Below the pieces are notes generated by a model. That model was not told the origin of the DNA. It made no database searches and worked only from the letters and a program-made list of their open reading frames with translations. The position numbers and the translations under genes were made by a program. A stretch of DNA of 32,000 nt from Clostridium cylindrosporum DSM 605 (GTDB lineage: Bacteria; Bacillota; Clostridia; Clostridiales; Caloramatoraceae), in the NCBI RefSeq assembly GCF_001047375.1, contig NZ_LFVU01000004.1, positions 168,513-200,512 on the forward strand, written 5' to 3'. This document shows positions 16,747-25,924 of this stretch, piece by piece; position 1 is the stretch's first letter, and the number at the start of each line of letters is the position of its first letter.

Positions 16747-17697
16747 CTACTTAATATAGCCCTTTTGCTTTAGATACTCCTTAGCTACTTCTTCACCACT
16801 TGCACCCTTAGATAGTACCTTTGCATTCATTGTCATTAATTCATCTGTAGTCATATTTTCAAATATAGGATTTAATATTTTTGAAATCTGTGGATACTTT
16901 TCTAGAGTTTCACCTGAAACTACTGGAGTTGGAGCATAATATGGTGGGATTTTAAGTGGATCTTCTATGATATACATACCTAATTCCTTTAATATCCCAT
17001 CAGTTGTAAATACCATAATACTGTTTAGACCATCTACACCACTGGCTACTTGCTCTGCTTTAAACTCTCCAAGTACTAACTGTTCTTTTTTAAGTTTAAA
17101 TCCATATGCCTTTTCAAGGTCTCCTAATCCACCATCTGGTTCAGCCCAATAGGCAAGTGTTGCTAACTTTACTTTTCCACCTTTATTTACATACTTAGCA
17201 AAGTCATTCATGTTTTTTATATTGTTTTCTTTTGCAAATTTATCAGTAACAGCTATAAGTTCAGTGTTGTTAGCCTTAGCTGGGGATAGCCAAACTAGAT
17301 TATTTTGCTTTTTATCAAAATCACGAATAAGTTTATACCCATCTTCTAATTTTCTCCATGCTGGGTCTTTTACATTTGTTTTATCTCCCATGTAGTACAT
17401 TCCACTTCCTGTATAACTTACTGTTATATCAGCTTGACGTTGAATTGCAGCTTCTCTATTAAGTTTAGTACTACCTAAAGTTCCTGTATTATCTTCTACT
17501 TCAAATCCATTTGCTTTTAGGGCTTGTACAATAATTTGTCCTAGAGTACTACCTTCAGTATCTGTCATAGTTGAAACTATAACCTTTCCTGTTTTTTCAT
17601 TAGAAGTAGATGTTGAACTAACTTCTTTGTTAGATGAACATCCAATTAATGATATTGAAAAAACCACTAAAATTAAAAAAGTAATTATTCTTTTCAT
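16747..17697 (-). CDS. Osmoprotectant ABC transporter substrate-binding lipoprotein (OpuBC/OpuCC-like)
   Basis: Signal peptide with lipobox LIGCSS. 316 aa. First gene of the SBP-permease-ATPase-permease operon. Confidence 0.88.
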   Translation of the reverse strand: MKRIITFLILVVFSISLIGCSSNKEVSSTSTSNEKTGKVIVSTMTDTEGSTLGQIIVQALKANGFEVEDNTGTLGSTKLNREAAIQRQADITVSYTGSGMYYMGDKTNVKDPAWRKLEDGYKLIRDFDKKQNNLVWLSPAKANNTELIAVTDKFAKENNIKNMNDFAKYVNKGGKVKLATLAYWAEPDGGLGDLEKAYGFKLKKEQLVLGEFKAEQVASGVDGLNSIMVFTTDGILKELGMYIIEDPLKIPPYYAPTPVVSGETLEKYPQISKILNPIFENMTTDELMTMNAKVLSKGASGEEVAKEYLKQKGYIK

Positions 17698-17715
17698 ATT
17701 TTACCCCTCCATATT

Positions 17716-17946
17716 TTAAATTTTCACCATTGTAATTGCACTTACTGGGCACTTACTTTCACAAAGTCCACATCCAATGCATTTATCACTTTTGATATTA
17801 ATATGTCCTTATTCTTTAGTTATAGCTTTCATTGGACATCTTTTAATACATACCCCGCACTTAAGACATTTTTTATTGCTAATAACAGCGTTGTATTCTA
17901 TTTGAGAATAATTATTCTGAAATCCTTCTTTTATTAAAAATCTCAT
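17716..17946 (-). pseudogene. 2x[4Fe-4S] ferredoxin-like gene interrupted by an in-frame TAA
   Basis: Minus-strand translation: MRFLIKEGFQNNYSQIEYNAVISNKKCLKCGVCIKRCPMKAITKE*GHINIKSDKCIGCGLCESKCPVSAITMVKI*. The two CxxCxxCxxxCP motifs lie either side of the stop at 17809-17811. Confidence 0.6.
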
Positions 17947-18224
17947 AGGATAACAGCAACAATTACAACAGTTGCAAATATAACTACCTTAGGTACTTTA
18001 AATAAATTAAAAAACTCCCTAATATTGATCATCTCTATTAATTTTTATTACTTTTAATGCATAATTATTATTTTTATCACATTCCAAATTTTATCAAACA
18101 TTTAAAATTCATTCAAATAGAATATTCTAATATAATTTCTGTTTACTATTTAGTAAATTTAGCATTAATTTGTAAAACCTTCGCATTATCATACAATACT
18201 ATTTTGGCATAATTATAAATTTAT

Positions 18225-18263
18225 AAAAAAAAACCTCAGGGATTCTCTCATCTATCCCTGAGG
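18225..18263 (-). terminator. Intrinsic terminator after yabE
   Basis: CCTCAGGGA / TCCCTGAGG perfect 9-bp stem with loop TTCTCTCATCTA. A T9 run follows on the minus strand. Confidence 0.85.
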
Positions 18264-18273
18264 GTTCTATACA

Positions 18274-19299
18274 CTATTTTATAATGTAAACCTTAACTGT
18301 CTTCTTACCCCATCTCTCATATTCTGAGCCTGGGTTAAAGTATAAGTCTATTTTGTTGCCCTTAATAGCTCCCCCTGTGTCTGAAGCTATTGCCATTCCG
18401 TACCCTTCAACATAAACCTTTGTTCCTAGTGGAATTACTCTTGGATCAACTGCAACAGTACTAATACCTTTAGGATTTCTTATAACCTTAGTACCTGATG
18501 CTGTTATACTTCCTCCACCAGTTGGGTCGTATGGTGCCTGTGAATAAGCTGTAGCAGTCATTGTCATAATACTCTTATATGTGAAGTCCAATCCCCCTCT
18601 TGAGGCTGTTAGGACTACCTTCTTAGGTCCTGATGCTATTAACTTATTTACTGGTTTTACAACTATCTTTTCTTCTATCTTTTGTTTACTAATTAATTTT
18701 CCGTTTTCGTATACTGACTTAAAGACTATTTCACGTCTACCGTTAGCACCTTCTTTAACAACCTTTGTTGTTCCTGGTGAAAGTGACTTATCATCTTGCT
18801 TTTTTATAGTATAAGGAATAGTCTCTGAATTTGCTTCTAATTTCTCAGTTACTCTAGTTATATTTATCTTCATGTTTGGTTGAATTTTCGCTGTCACACC
18901 TGGATTAATTTTGTCTAGAGCACTAATGCTCAACTTTTCTTCCTTTAGCATATCAGAAACAGTAGTAGCTGTTGTTTTTATTTCCTTTAGCTTTCCTGCT
19001 TCTTCAACCTTTATAGGAACTGCTCTTTTTATACTTATTTTCATATCCTTTTCCAGGTTACTATCTAGTGAATGGGATATCTTATCTTCTTTATCTAGCA
19101 CTATATTTTGTGCCTCGATAAGTCCCTTAACTGTGCTTTTGTTTGTTGTAAGGATGTCTATCCTTCCATCATATGCTAGTGTTACTTTTTTTCTTTTCCC
19201 TGCGATTACGAAGAATGAAACCACAAGCATTAGAATTAATGATGCGATAAGAATCTTCTGCCCCGAGGGTCCTTTTAGTGTTTCCTTTAGTTTAGTCAT
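18274..19299 (-). CDS. yabE: YabE-like cell-wall protein (N-terminal anchor, DUF348-type repeats, G5 domain, C-terminal 3D/RlpA-like domain)
   Basis: 341 aa. C-terminal ...ASGTKV...VAVDPRVIPLGTKVYVEGYG.AIA.DTGGAIKGNKIDLYF. Synteny after tatD. Confidence 0.85.
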   Translation of the reverse strand: MTKLKETLKGPSGQKILIASLILMLVVSFFVIAGKRKKVTLAYDGRIDILTTNKSTVKGLIEAQNIVLDKEDKISHSLDSNLEKDMKISIKRAVPIKVEEAGKLKEIKTTATTVSDMLKEEKLSISALDKINPGVTAKIQPNMKINITRVTEKLEANSETIPYTIKKQDDKSLSPGTTKVVKEGANGRREIVFKSVYENGKLISKQKIEEKIVVKPVNKLIASGPKKVVLTASRGGLDFTYKSIMTMTATAYSQAPYDPTGGGSITASGTKVIRNPKGISTVAVDPRVIPLGTKVYVEGYGMAIASDTGGAIKGNKIDLYFNPGSEYERWGKKTVKVYIIK

Positions 19300-19458
19300 A
19301 TTTTTACCTCCCTTTCGTTGACTGAAGATAGAGATAGGCCTCTTCTCTTCTTCACCTTGATAATTCTCGGTTACTCAATTTAGGGGTACGTATCAAAATT
19401 CATAAGCCTATTGGCATTTACTAAATATATTATTAGTAAACCAGCAAAAGTATTCCAT

Positions 19459-20220
19459 CTATTTTAAACCAAATAGATTTGAGGCATTTTCAAATGTTAG
19501 TTGACATGTCTCGTTGTAAGTCTTTCCTATGGTCTTAGCCATAACATTTAAAGTATGAATTAAGTAAGAGGAATCATTTCTTTTTCCTCTATTAGGAACA
19601 GGTGTTAGGTATGGACAATCTGTCTCAACCAATATTCTGTCTAGAGGAGTTTGTTCTAATACCTCTAGAGATTTTCTAGCATTCTTAAATGTAATCACAC
19701 CTGTGAAACCAAGATAATAATCAAGTTTTAGTACTTCCTTCGCAAATTCCGGGCTTCCTGAGTAGCAATGAAGTACCCCTTTGACGCTCTTAAATTCCTT
19801 TAAGATTTTTAATGTGTCCTCATGAGCGTCTCTGTCGTGTATCACTACTGGAAGATTTAAATCCCTTGCAAGTACCATTTGTTCTCTGAATATTTTTTTC
19901 TGTATCTCTCTATCTGAAATGTCATAGTAGTAATCAAGTCCAATTTCTCCTACAGCAAGTATCTTATCACTCTTACCAAACATGTCCCCTAGTATGTTAA
20001 TACCACCTAGCAGCTCCTCTGCATCGTGTGGATGCACTCCTAGTGCACCATAGAAGAAATCATGTTTTGAAGTAAGACTTAGAGTATCTTCACAGCCCTT
20101 AAGATTCGCTGCACAATTAAGTACTCTAGTTACCCCTGCTTTATTTATCTTATCTATAACATCGTTTCTGTCTTCATTAAACATCTCACTATCATAGTGA
20201 GCATGTGAATCAAATATCAT
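19459..20220 (-). CDS. tatD: TatD-family metal-dependent hydrolase (YabD)
   Basis: MIFDSHAHY start, GEIGLDYY, VIHDRDAHED, and ETDCPYL motifs. 253 aa. Follows metG. Confidence 0.92.
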   Translation of the reverse strand: MIFDSHAHYDSEMFNEDRNDVIDKINKAGVTRVLNCAANLKGCEDTLSLTSKHDFFYGALGVHPHDAEELLGGINILGDMFGKSDKILAVGEIGLDYYYDISDREIQKKIFREQMVLARDLNLPVVIHDRDAHEDTLKILKEFKSVKGVLHCYSGSPEFAKEVLKLDYYLGFTGVITFKNARKSLEVLEQTPLDRILVETDCPYLTPVPNRGKRNDSSYLIHTLNVMAKTIGKTYNETCQLTFENASNLFGLK

Positions 20221-20476
20221 AACTTAAATTCTCCTTTTGCGCTTGTAACACTGTCAGAAAACTAGCCTAATTTATTTACTTCGCTCATTATAACAGTAAG
20301 AGAATTAAAAGGCAAATTTACAAATCAGTATAGTGTGTGAACATTTTGTTAACAATAACCAAAATTTCCTGCCTTTTAACACATTTTTTTACATTTTGTC
20401 CTAAGTTATGACATAATATTATCACTGCATATTTTTTGTGAAATTCAACATAATTTGAAAATGGCTATTTTACCCA

Positions 20477-20485
20477 TGTGGATAA
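20477..20485 (-). promoter_or_regulatory. Perfect DnaA box (TTATCCACA on - strand)
   Basis: The plus strand reads TGTGGATAA, a 9/9 match to the consensus. Confidence 0.5.
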
Positions 20486-20561
20486 CTCTAAATAACAGGA
20501 GAGATTGTCAAAGCCTTTATTTACAGTAAATCACAAATAACCTAAAACTTATTTACCACAA

Positions 20562-20570
20562 TTATCCACA
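20562..20570 (+). promoter_or_regulatory. Perfect DnaA box (TTATCCACA)
   Basis: 9/9 match to the consensus, 76 nt from the oppositely oriented box. Confidence 0.5.
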
Positions 20571-20864
20571 CAAAATTTCATCCAAAACTTTACAATTATC
20601 TATGTCATAATATTCAGATAATACTGTAAAAATATTCACTTCAATTTTCTACACAACATTTTTCAAATCTTTAAAGTTTTTATTTACAATTGTTTAAAAA
20701 AATTTTTTTAAGTTTGTTTTTCATCTAGGTTTGCGCTCTTGTAAGGATGTGTATCTAAAACAACTTTTAAATTCGAGGTTTAGTTTTTAATTTTTTAATT
20801 ACCTAGAACATATATAAAAACTATATATTGATTTAAATTGTAAAAACTATCAACTATATACTAA

Positions 20865-20873
20865 TTATCCCCA
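20865..20873 (+). promoter_or_regulatory. Near-consensus DnaA box (TTATCCCCA, 8/9)
   Basis: One mismatch to TTATCCACA. Confidence 0.25.
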
Positions 20874-21111
20874 CTTCTAATAAATGTAATATGGCCTTAT
20901 TTAAAAAAATCCCTTCTATTATATATACGCTTTTTTTGGTATGTATTTTTTGATTCATAAAAATATCTGTAAATACAAAAAAATCCTTAACATATAAATT
21001 CTATAATAATATTAATTTCATAATTTTTGGATTCTATATTTGTAGATTTAACAAATCCAAATTCGGTACCTTTTGAGCATTTTCAACCCCACTTTAAACT
21101 ATTCAAATTTA

Positions 21112-21151
21112 CATAAAAGAAGGCCGCTGACATTTTCATGTAAGCGGCCTT
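21112..21151 (-). terminator. Intrinsic terminator after metG
   Basis: AAGGCCGCT / AGCGGCCTT stem (21120-21128 / 21143-21151). A CTTTTATG run follows on the minus strand. Confidence 0.75.
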
Positions 21152-21163
21152 AAATTTTTATAT

Positions 21164-23113
21164 CTATCTTACTTGGCTTCCTGATGGAATATCCTTATTT
21201 ATCATTGGAATTTCTAGTATTGAATCATCATCTGTTGATGCTGCAAGTATCATTCCATGTGATTCTATTCCACGTAGTTTTGCTGGCTTTAGGTTAGCTA
21301 CTAGTATAACCTTTTTACCTATTATGTCCTCTGGTGCATAGTGCTTAGCTATTCCTGAAACTATTGTACGAGTTTCTCCTCCTAGTTCCACTGTTAGCTT
21401 AAGTAGCTTATCAGCTTTCTTTACCTTTTCGCACTCTAGTACCTTTACTACTCTAAGGTCTATCTTTGAGAAGTCATCTATTGTTATCTCTTCTTTTATA
21501 GGGATTATTTCTCTCTTTTCTACTCCTTGAGCCTTTAGCATTTCTTCTCTTATCTTGTCTAGTTCTTCTAGCTTCTTTTCTACGTCTATTCTTGGGAACA
21601 TTACTTCTCCTCTTTCAATGCTTAGGTTAAAGTCTATATCCCCGAATACTTTTATGCTGTCTAGTGTAAGAATATTTTCTTCAAACTTGAACTGTGAGTT
21701 TATCTTAACTGCTGTGTCTGGAAGGAATGGTGATATAAGTGTGCTTATAAATCTTATAGCTTCAGTTAGGTTGTATAGTACACCCTTTAGTCTTTCACTA
21801 TTTGCTTCATCCTTCGCTAGTACCCATGGTGCAGTTTCATCTATATACTTGTTCGCTCTAGCTACAAGCTTCATAACTGATTCAACAGCATCATTAACCT
21901 TTAAATTGTCCATGAACTTATCCACATTATTAACAGTTTCCTCTGCAAAACTCTTTAAAGCTTCATCAAATTCATCTTCAATAAGTCCCTTTGAGATATT
22001 ACCATCAAAGTATTTTACTATCATTTGAAGTGTTCTTGAAACAAGGTTTCCAAGGTCATTTGCAAGGTCTGAGTTTGTTCTCTTTATGAAGTTTTCACTT
22101 GTGTATTGTCCGTCACTTCCAAATGATACTTCACGAAGTAGGTAGTATCTAACAGCGTCTACTGAGAAGTGCTCTGAAAGTAGAATTGGGTCTACTACAT
22201 TACCCTTTGACTTTGACATTTTTCCACCGTCAACTAATAGCCAACCATGTCCATATACCTTTTTAGGTAGTGGCATGTCTAGTGCCATTAATAGAGATGG
22301 CCATATAATAGTATGGAATCTTATAATATCTTTTCCTACTATGTGAACATCTGCTGGCCAGAACTTTTCTAGCATTTCTTCATTTTCTGAACTATACCCA
22401 AGTGCTGTTATGTAGTTTGAAAGTGCATCTATCCAAACATATACAACGTGGTCAGTATCAAATGTTACAGGAATTCCCCAGTTAAATGTAGTTCTTGATA
22501 CACATAAATCCTCAAGTCCTGGCTTTATGAAGTTGTTTATCATTTCGTTTTGTCTACTAACTGGTTCTATGAACCCTGGGTTTTCTTCTATATGCTTAAG
22601 TAGTCTATCTTGGTATTTAGATAGCTTAAAGAAGTATGCTTCTTCCTTAGCCTCTTCAACATCTCTTCCACAGTCTGGACATTTTCCATCTACTAATTGT
22701 GTTTCTGTGAAGAAAGTTTCACAAGGTGTACAATACTTTCCTTCATAATGCCCCTTGTATATATCACCTTGATCATAAAGTTTTTTGAATATCTTTTGAA
22801 CTGCTGCTATATGATAATCATCAGTTGTTCTTATGAACTTGTCATTAGATATATTCATTACCTTCCAAAGGTCTTGAATACCAGCTACTATCTCGTCTAC
22901 GTATTCCTTAGGAGTTACCCCTTTATCCTCTGCTTTTCTTTGAATCTTTTGACCATGCTCATCTGTTCCAGTTAAGAACATAACATCGTATCCTGCAAGT
23001 CTTTTGTATCTAGCAATTGCATCTGCAATAACTGTTGAATATGTATTTCCTATATGTAGTTTATCACTTGGATAATATATAGGAGTAGTAATGTAAAAAG
23101 GTTTCTTTGTCAT
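21164..23113 (-). CDS. metG: Methionine--tRNA ligase with C-terminal tRNA-binding (EMAP/Trbp111-like) domain
   Basis: HIGN (HIGH-type) motif, KMSKS motif, zinc knuckle CTPCE...CPDCG, and C-terminal DLRVVKV...ESHGMILAA. 649 aa. Confidence 0.97.
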   Translation of the reverse strand: MTKKPFYITTPIYYPSDKLHIGNTYSTVIADAIARYKRLAGYDVMFLTGTDEHGQKIQRKAEDKGVTPKEYVDEIVAGIQDLWKVMNISNDKFIRTTDDYHIAAVQKIFKKLYDQGDIYKGHYEGKYCTPCETFFTETQLVDGKCPDCGRDVEEAKEEAYFFKLSKYQDRLLKHIEENPGFIEPVSRQNEMINNFIKPGLEDLCVSRTTFNWGIPVTFDTDHVVYVWIDALSNYITALGYSSENEEMLEKFWPADVHIVGKDIIRFHTIIWPSLLMALDMPLPKKVYGHGWLLVDGGKMSKSKGNVVDPILLSEHFSVDAVRYYLLREVSFGSDGQYTSENFIKRTNSDLANDLGNLVSRTLQMIVKYFDGNISKGLIEDEFDEALKSFAEETVNNVDKFMDNLKVNDAVESVMKLVARANKYIDETAPWVLAKDEANSERLKGVLYNLTEAIRFISTLISPFLPDTAVKINSQFKFEENILTLDSIKVFGDIDFNLSIERGEVMFPRIDVEKKLEELDKIREEMLKAQGVEKREIIPIKEEITIDDFSKIDLRVVKVLECEKVKKADKLLKLTVELGGETRTIVSGIAKHYAPEDIIGKKVILVANLKPAKLRGIESHGMILAASTDDDSILEIPMINKDIPSGSQVR

Positions 23114-23159
23114 TATTATTCCTCCATTCTATATAGGGTTTCCCCTAAAAGTTACTTAA

Positions 23160-23395
23160 AAATAAAAAAGCCCCACCCCTAGTATCCTAGGGGCGAAGCG
23201 CCGCGTTACCACCCTAATTCATCTTAATGACCTTAAGTGCTATAACGGTGCAACCGTTTTGACCTAAACTAAATTAGATTCAGCCAAAAAGCTCAGGAGC
23301 CATCTTCCTATAATACACATTCTATCGGCTTTCACCTAACCCGACTCTCTTGAAGATACACATTATAGTACTCTTTCCTTCGTAGCTATAAACAG
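23160..23395 (-). promoter_or_regulatory. T-box riboswitch leader (methionine specifier) with terminator/antiterminator, controlling metG
   Basis: The minus strand reads ...AGAGAGUCGGGUUAGGUGAAAGCCGA... (AG box and distal loop). It continues AAUUAGGGUGGUAACGCGGCGCUUCGCCCCUAGGAUACUAGGGGUGGGGCUUUUUUAUUU (T-box sequence plus terminator). A candidate AUG specifier lies at 23301-23303. Confidence 0.85.
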
Positions 23396-23490
23396 AATTC
23401 TTAAATCAGTAGTAGTTTTACTCCAACGGATTCTTAGATGTCCTTATCCAGGAACTTAGCGTAGCTAAGTTATCGGATAAAAAGAATTCT
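23394..23490. repeat. Imperfect ~97-bp palindrome in the divergent metG-leader / chemoreceptor promoter region
   Basis: AGAATTCTT (23394-23402) / AAGAATTCT (23482-23490). Inner stem TTATCC-AGG-AACTTAGC-GTA-GCTAAGTT-ATC-GGATAA (23444-23480). Confidence 0.5.
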
Positions 23491-23776
23491 CTTATCATTA
23501 TGTTATATCAAAATGTAAATAGAGTCAATTACAACTCTAGCCTAATTTTCACTGTTACAAATAGCGAATTATTTTGAACAAATTCACTATAATATTCTTA
23601 ATTGTCGAGCAAATTCCAACTGTTTCAACAGTATTTTCACTTTTTTACTGTATAAAGTCGATATACATATATATTTTTTACATTTTTAATCGAAAATTAT
23701 TATAAACGCTTCTATTTTAGTCGATAACTAATTTTTTTGATTTATTTTTAATATTTATTTAAAGGGGGTAATACAA

Positions 23777-25789
23777 ATGCTAAAAATTCAATTTAAAAGT
23801 TTAAGTAGACAAATGCTGTTAAGTATAATTCTACTGATAACTATAGTATGTTTAGGTATAGCTATAATTTCAAATATAATATCTAAAAATGCTATTATAA
23901 AAACAGTAAATACTGATCTACCTGAAATAGCAGATCAAGCTTCAAAAACTATAGAAGCTGAGATAAACCAACAACTTAAAGTATTAGAACTATTTTCTCT
24001 GAATCCTACTTTAGGTGATGAAAAGGCTCCTATAAACATTAAAATGGAGCTACTAAACAAAGAAAAAACTAGAAGTGGACATTTAGATATGGCTATAGTA
24101 GATGCTGCTGGTAATGGCATTAATACTAGTGGTGACACTTTTAATTCTAAGGGTCAAATAGGATATGAAAAGGCAATATCAGGTACACCTAACGTTTCTG
24201 ATCCTTTAATTAGTAAAGCTAATGGTAAACTCATAGTTATATATTCTGTTCCTATAATAAAAAATGGTTCCTTAGTAGGGGTTTTACAATCAGTTAGAAG
24301 CGGTGATGCATTAAGTGCTTATACAAGTTCTATTAATCTCGGAAAAACAGGTAAAGCATATATTATAAGTAAGGATGGTACATTAATTGCAAGTGAAAAT
24401 AAGGATCTTGTAATGTCTCAAAGCAATAACATAAAAAATTCTGAGAAGGATTCATCTCTAAAGGAAATTGCAGATATTGAAAAAGAAATGGTTTCAGGAA
24501 AAAAATCCGCTGCTAAATACAAGTCTAATGGAGTTGAACACTATATAGGTTATTCTCCTATAAAAAGTGCAGGTTGGTCACTTGGAATAGATGTTGAGTC
24601 AAGTGAGGTTCTAGCTTCAATTACTACACTAACAAAAAGTATAGTAGTTGTGTCCATTTTATTTATCATAATCGGTGCTGCAATTGCATATTTAATTTCA
24701 AAGTCTATTACAAAACCTATTAATAATTCTGTAAGTGAACTTGAGACTATTGCAAACGGAGACTTAACTGGAGAGATATCAGATAAGCTTCTTTCTAGAA
24801 AAGATGAAATAGGAAGTATGGTTAAGGCTATAAACACTATGAAGGAATCAATTTTACACATGTTACATGATGTAGAAGGCAGCTCATCAAGCATAGATCA
24901 ACAAATAAACACTATCCATGGAATCTCCCAGGAATTAGCTTCATCAAGTGAAGATATAACTGTTGCAACAAATGATGTTGCTAAGGGAAATACAGAACAA
25001 GCAGGTGATCTTGTTGACATAACCTCTATAATTGAAGACTTTAGCAATAAACTAAGTGATATGATCGACCTTATAAAAAATGTTGATACTAGTACCGTAG
25101 ATATTAAAAATATGGCCGATAATAGTAGTATAGACATGGATAATCTCGTAATATCTATAAAAAATGTTAATGAGGTATTTAGGGACCTCATTATAAAAAC
25201 GAAAAACGTCGAAGAAAACATTCTAAAAATTAACACAATCACTAATCTAATAAATCAAATTTCAGATCAAACTAACTTATTAGCACTTAACGCAGCAATC
25301 GAAGCAGCAAGAGCTGGAGAAGCTGGTAGAGGATTTTCAGTGGTAGCCGACGAAATAAGGAAGCTAGCTGAACAAAGTAAAACCTCATCGGTTAATATTT
25401 CAAGCTTAATCGAACAAATTTCCACAGATACAGAGCGTATGGCAAATGCTACTGATATAGTAAATACAGAACTTAGCGCTCAGGAAGAGAATATATACAC
25501 AGCTATAGAATCCTTTAAGACTATTACACAGGCTGTAGACGATATTACTCCTAAAATGCATGAAGCTAACAAATCAATAGCGCACTTAAACGAAAGTAAA
25601 GAAGTAATTCTATCTAAGGTAGAAGGCGCATCTGCAATTGCTGAGGAAGTATCAGCATCCTCTGAGGAAATAGCAGCTTCTACTGCGGACATGGGTACAT
25701 CAGCTAAAAATATTGAAGATTCACTTGCATTATTATCAGATATGAGCCAAAAATTAATGAACAATGTAACAAAATTTAAGATTAATTAA
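23777..25789 (+). CDS. Methyl-accepting chemotaxis protein (double-Cache sensor, HAMP, MCP signalling domain), paralog 1
   Basis: 670 aa with two TM segments flanking a ~260-aa periplasmic domain. Signalling hairpin [43 protein letters not shown]. Confidence 0.95.
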   Translation: MLKIQFKSLSRQMLLSIILLITIVCLGIAIISNIISKNAIIKTVNTDLPEIADQASKTIEAEINQQLKVLELFSLNPTLGDEKAPINIKMELLNKEKTRSGHLDMAIVDAAGNGINTSGDTFNSKGQIGYEKAISGTPNVSDPLISKANGKLIVIYSVPIIKNGSLVGVLQSVRSGDALSAYTSSINLGKTGKAYIISKDGTLIASENKDLVMSQSNNIKNSEKDSSLKEIADIEKEMVSGKKSAAKYKSNGVEHYIGYSPIKSAGWSLGIDVESSEVLASITTLTKSIVVVSILFIIIGAAIAYLISKSITKPINNSVSELETIANGDLTGEISDKLLSRKDEIGSMVKAINTMKESILHMLHDVEGSSSSIDQQINTIHGISQELASSSEDITVATNDVAKGNTEQAGDLVDITSIIEDFSNKLSDMIDLIKNVDTSTVDIKNMADNSSIDMDNLVISIKNVNEVFRDLIIKTKNVEENILKINTITNLINQISDQTNLLALNAAIEAARAGEAGRGFSVVADEIRKLAEQSKTSSVNISSLIEQISTDTERMANATDIVNTELSAQEENIYTAIESFKTITQAVDDITPKMHEANKSIAHLNESKEVILSKVEGASAIAEEVSASSEEIAASTADMGTSAKNIEDSLALLSDMSQKLMNNVTKFKIN

Positions 25790-25924
25790 TTATAATAGGT
25801 CTTTTTCAGGATACCTTTGTTATAGTATTTGAAGTTTTTACATACTAGTCCTACTTTGTATTATGTTTTGAAGATTTACGATATTATTAATATTTTTTTA
25901 AAATATTTATTTGGGGGTAATGTT

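Noticed and set aside
19300-19458. Possible c-di-AMP (ydaO-type) riboswitch upstream of yabE, also sought upstream of the osmoprotectant operon at 17947-18233
   Set aside because: These gene classes are often ydaO-regulated. On the minus strand, however, neither leader shows the GGGGA/ACGGGGUGAAUC/CCGAA-type conserved blocks, and the 17.9-18.2 kb leader is almost pure AT.
20735-20757. CTCTTGTAAGGATGTGTATCT resembling the outer arm of hairpin copy 3 (CTTGCAAGGATGTGTTGTCT)
   Set aside because: Only about 20 nt, with mismatches and no partner arm or apex nearby. It may be a relic but cannot be supported from this window alone.
23595-23740. SigD-type flagellar/chemotaxis promoter upstream of the first chemoreceptor (three GTCGA(T/G)A motifs at about 23604, 23657 and 23719)
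   Set aside because: GTCGATAT/GTCGATAA resemble the GCCGATAT -10 element. I could not find a TAAA -35 at the expected ~15-nt spacing for any of them, so this is too weak to call.
25829-25924. Upstream TTG-initiated extension of the second chemoreceptor ORF (32 extra residues)
   Set aside because: The extension has no SD and no counterpart in paralog 1. The ATG at 25925 has the SD TGGGGG and restores the alignment [12 protein letters not shown] / [12 protein letters not shown].
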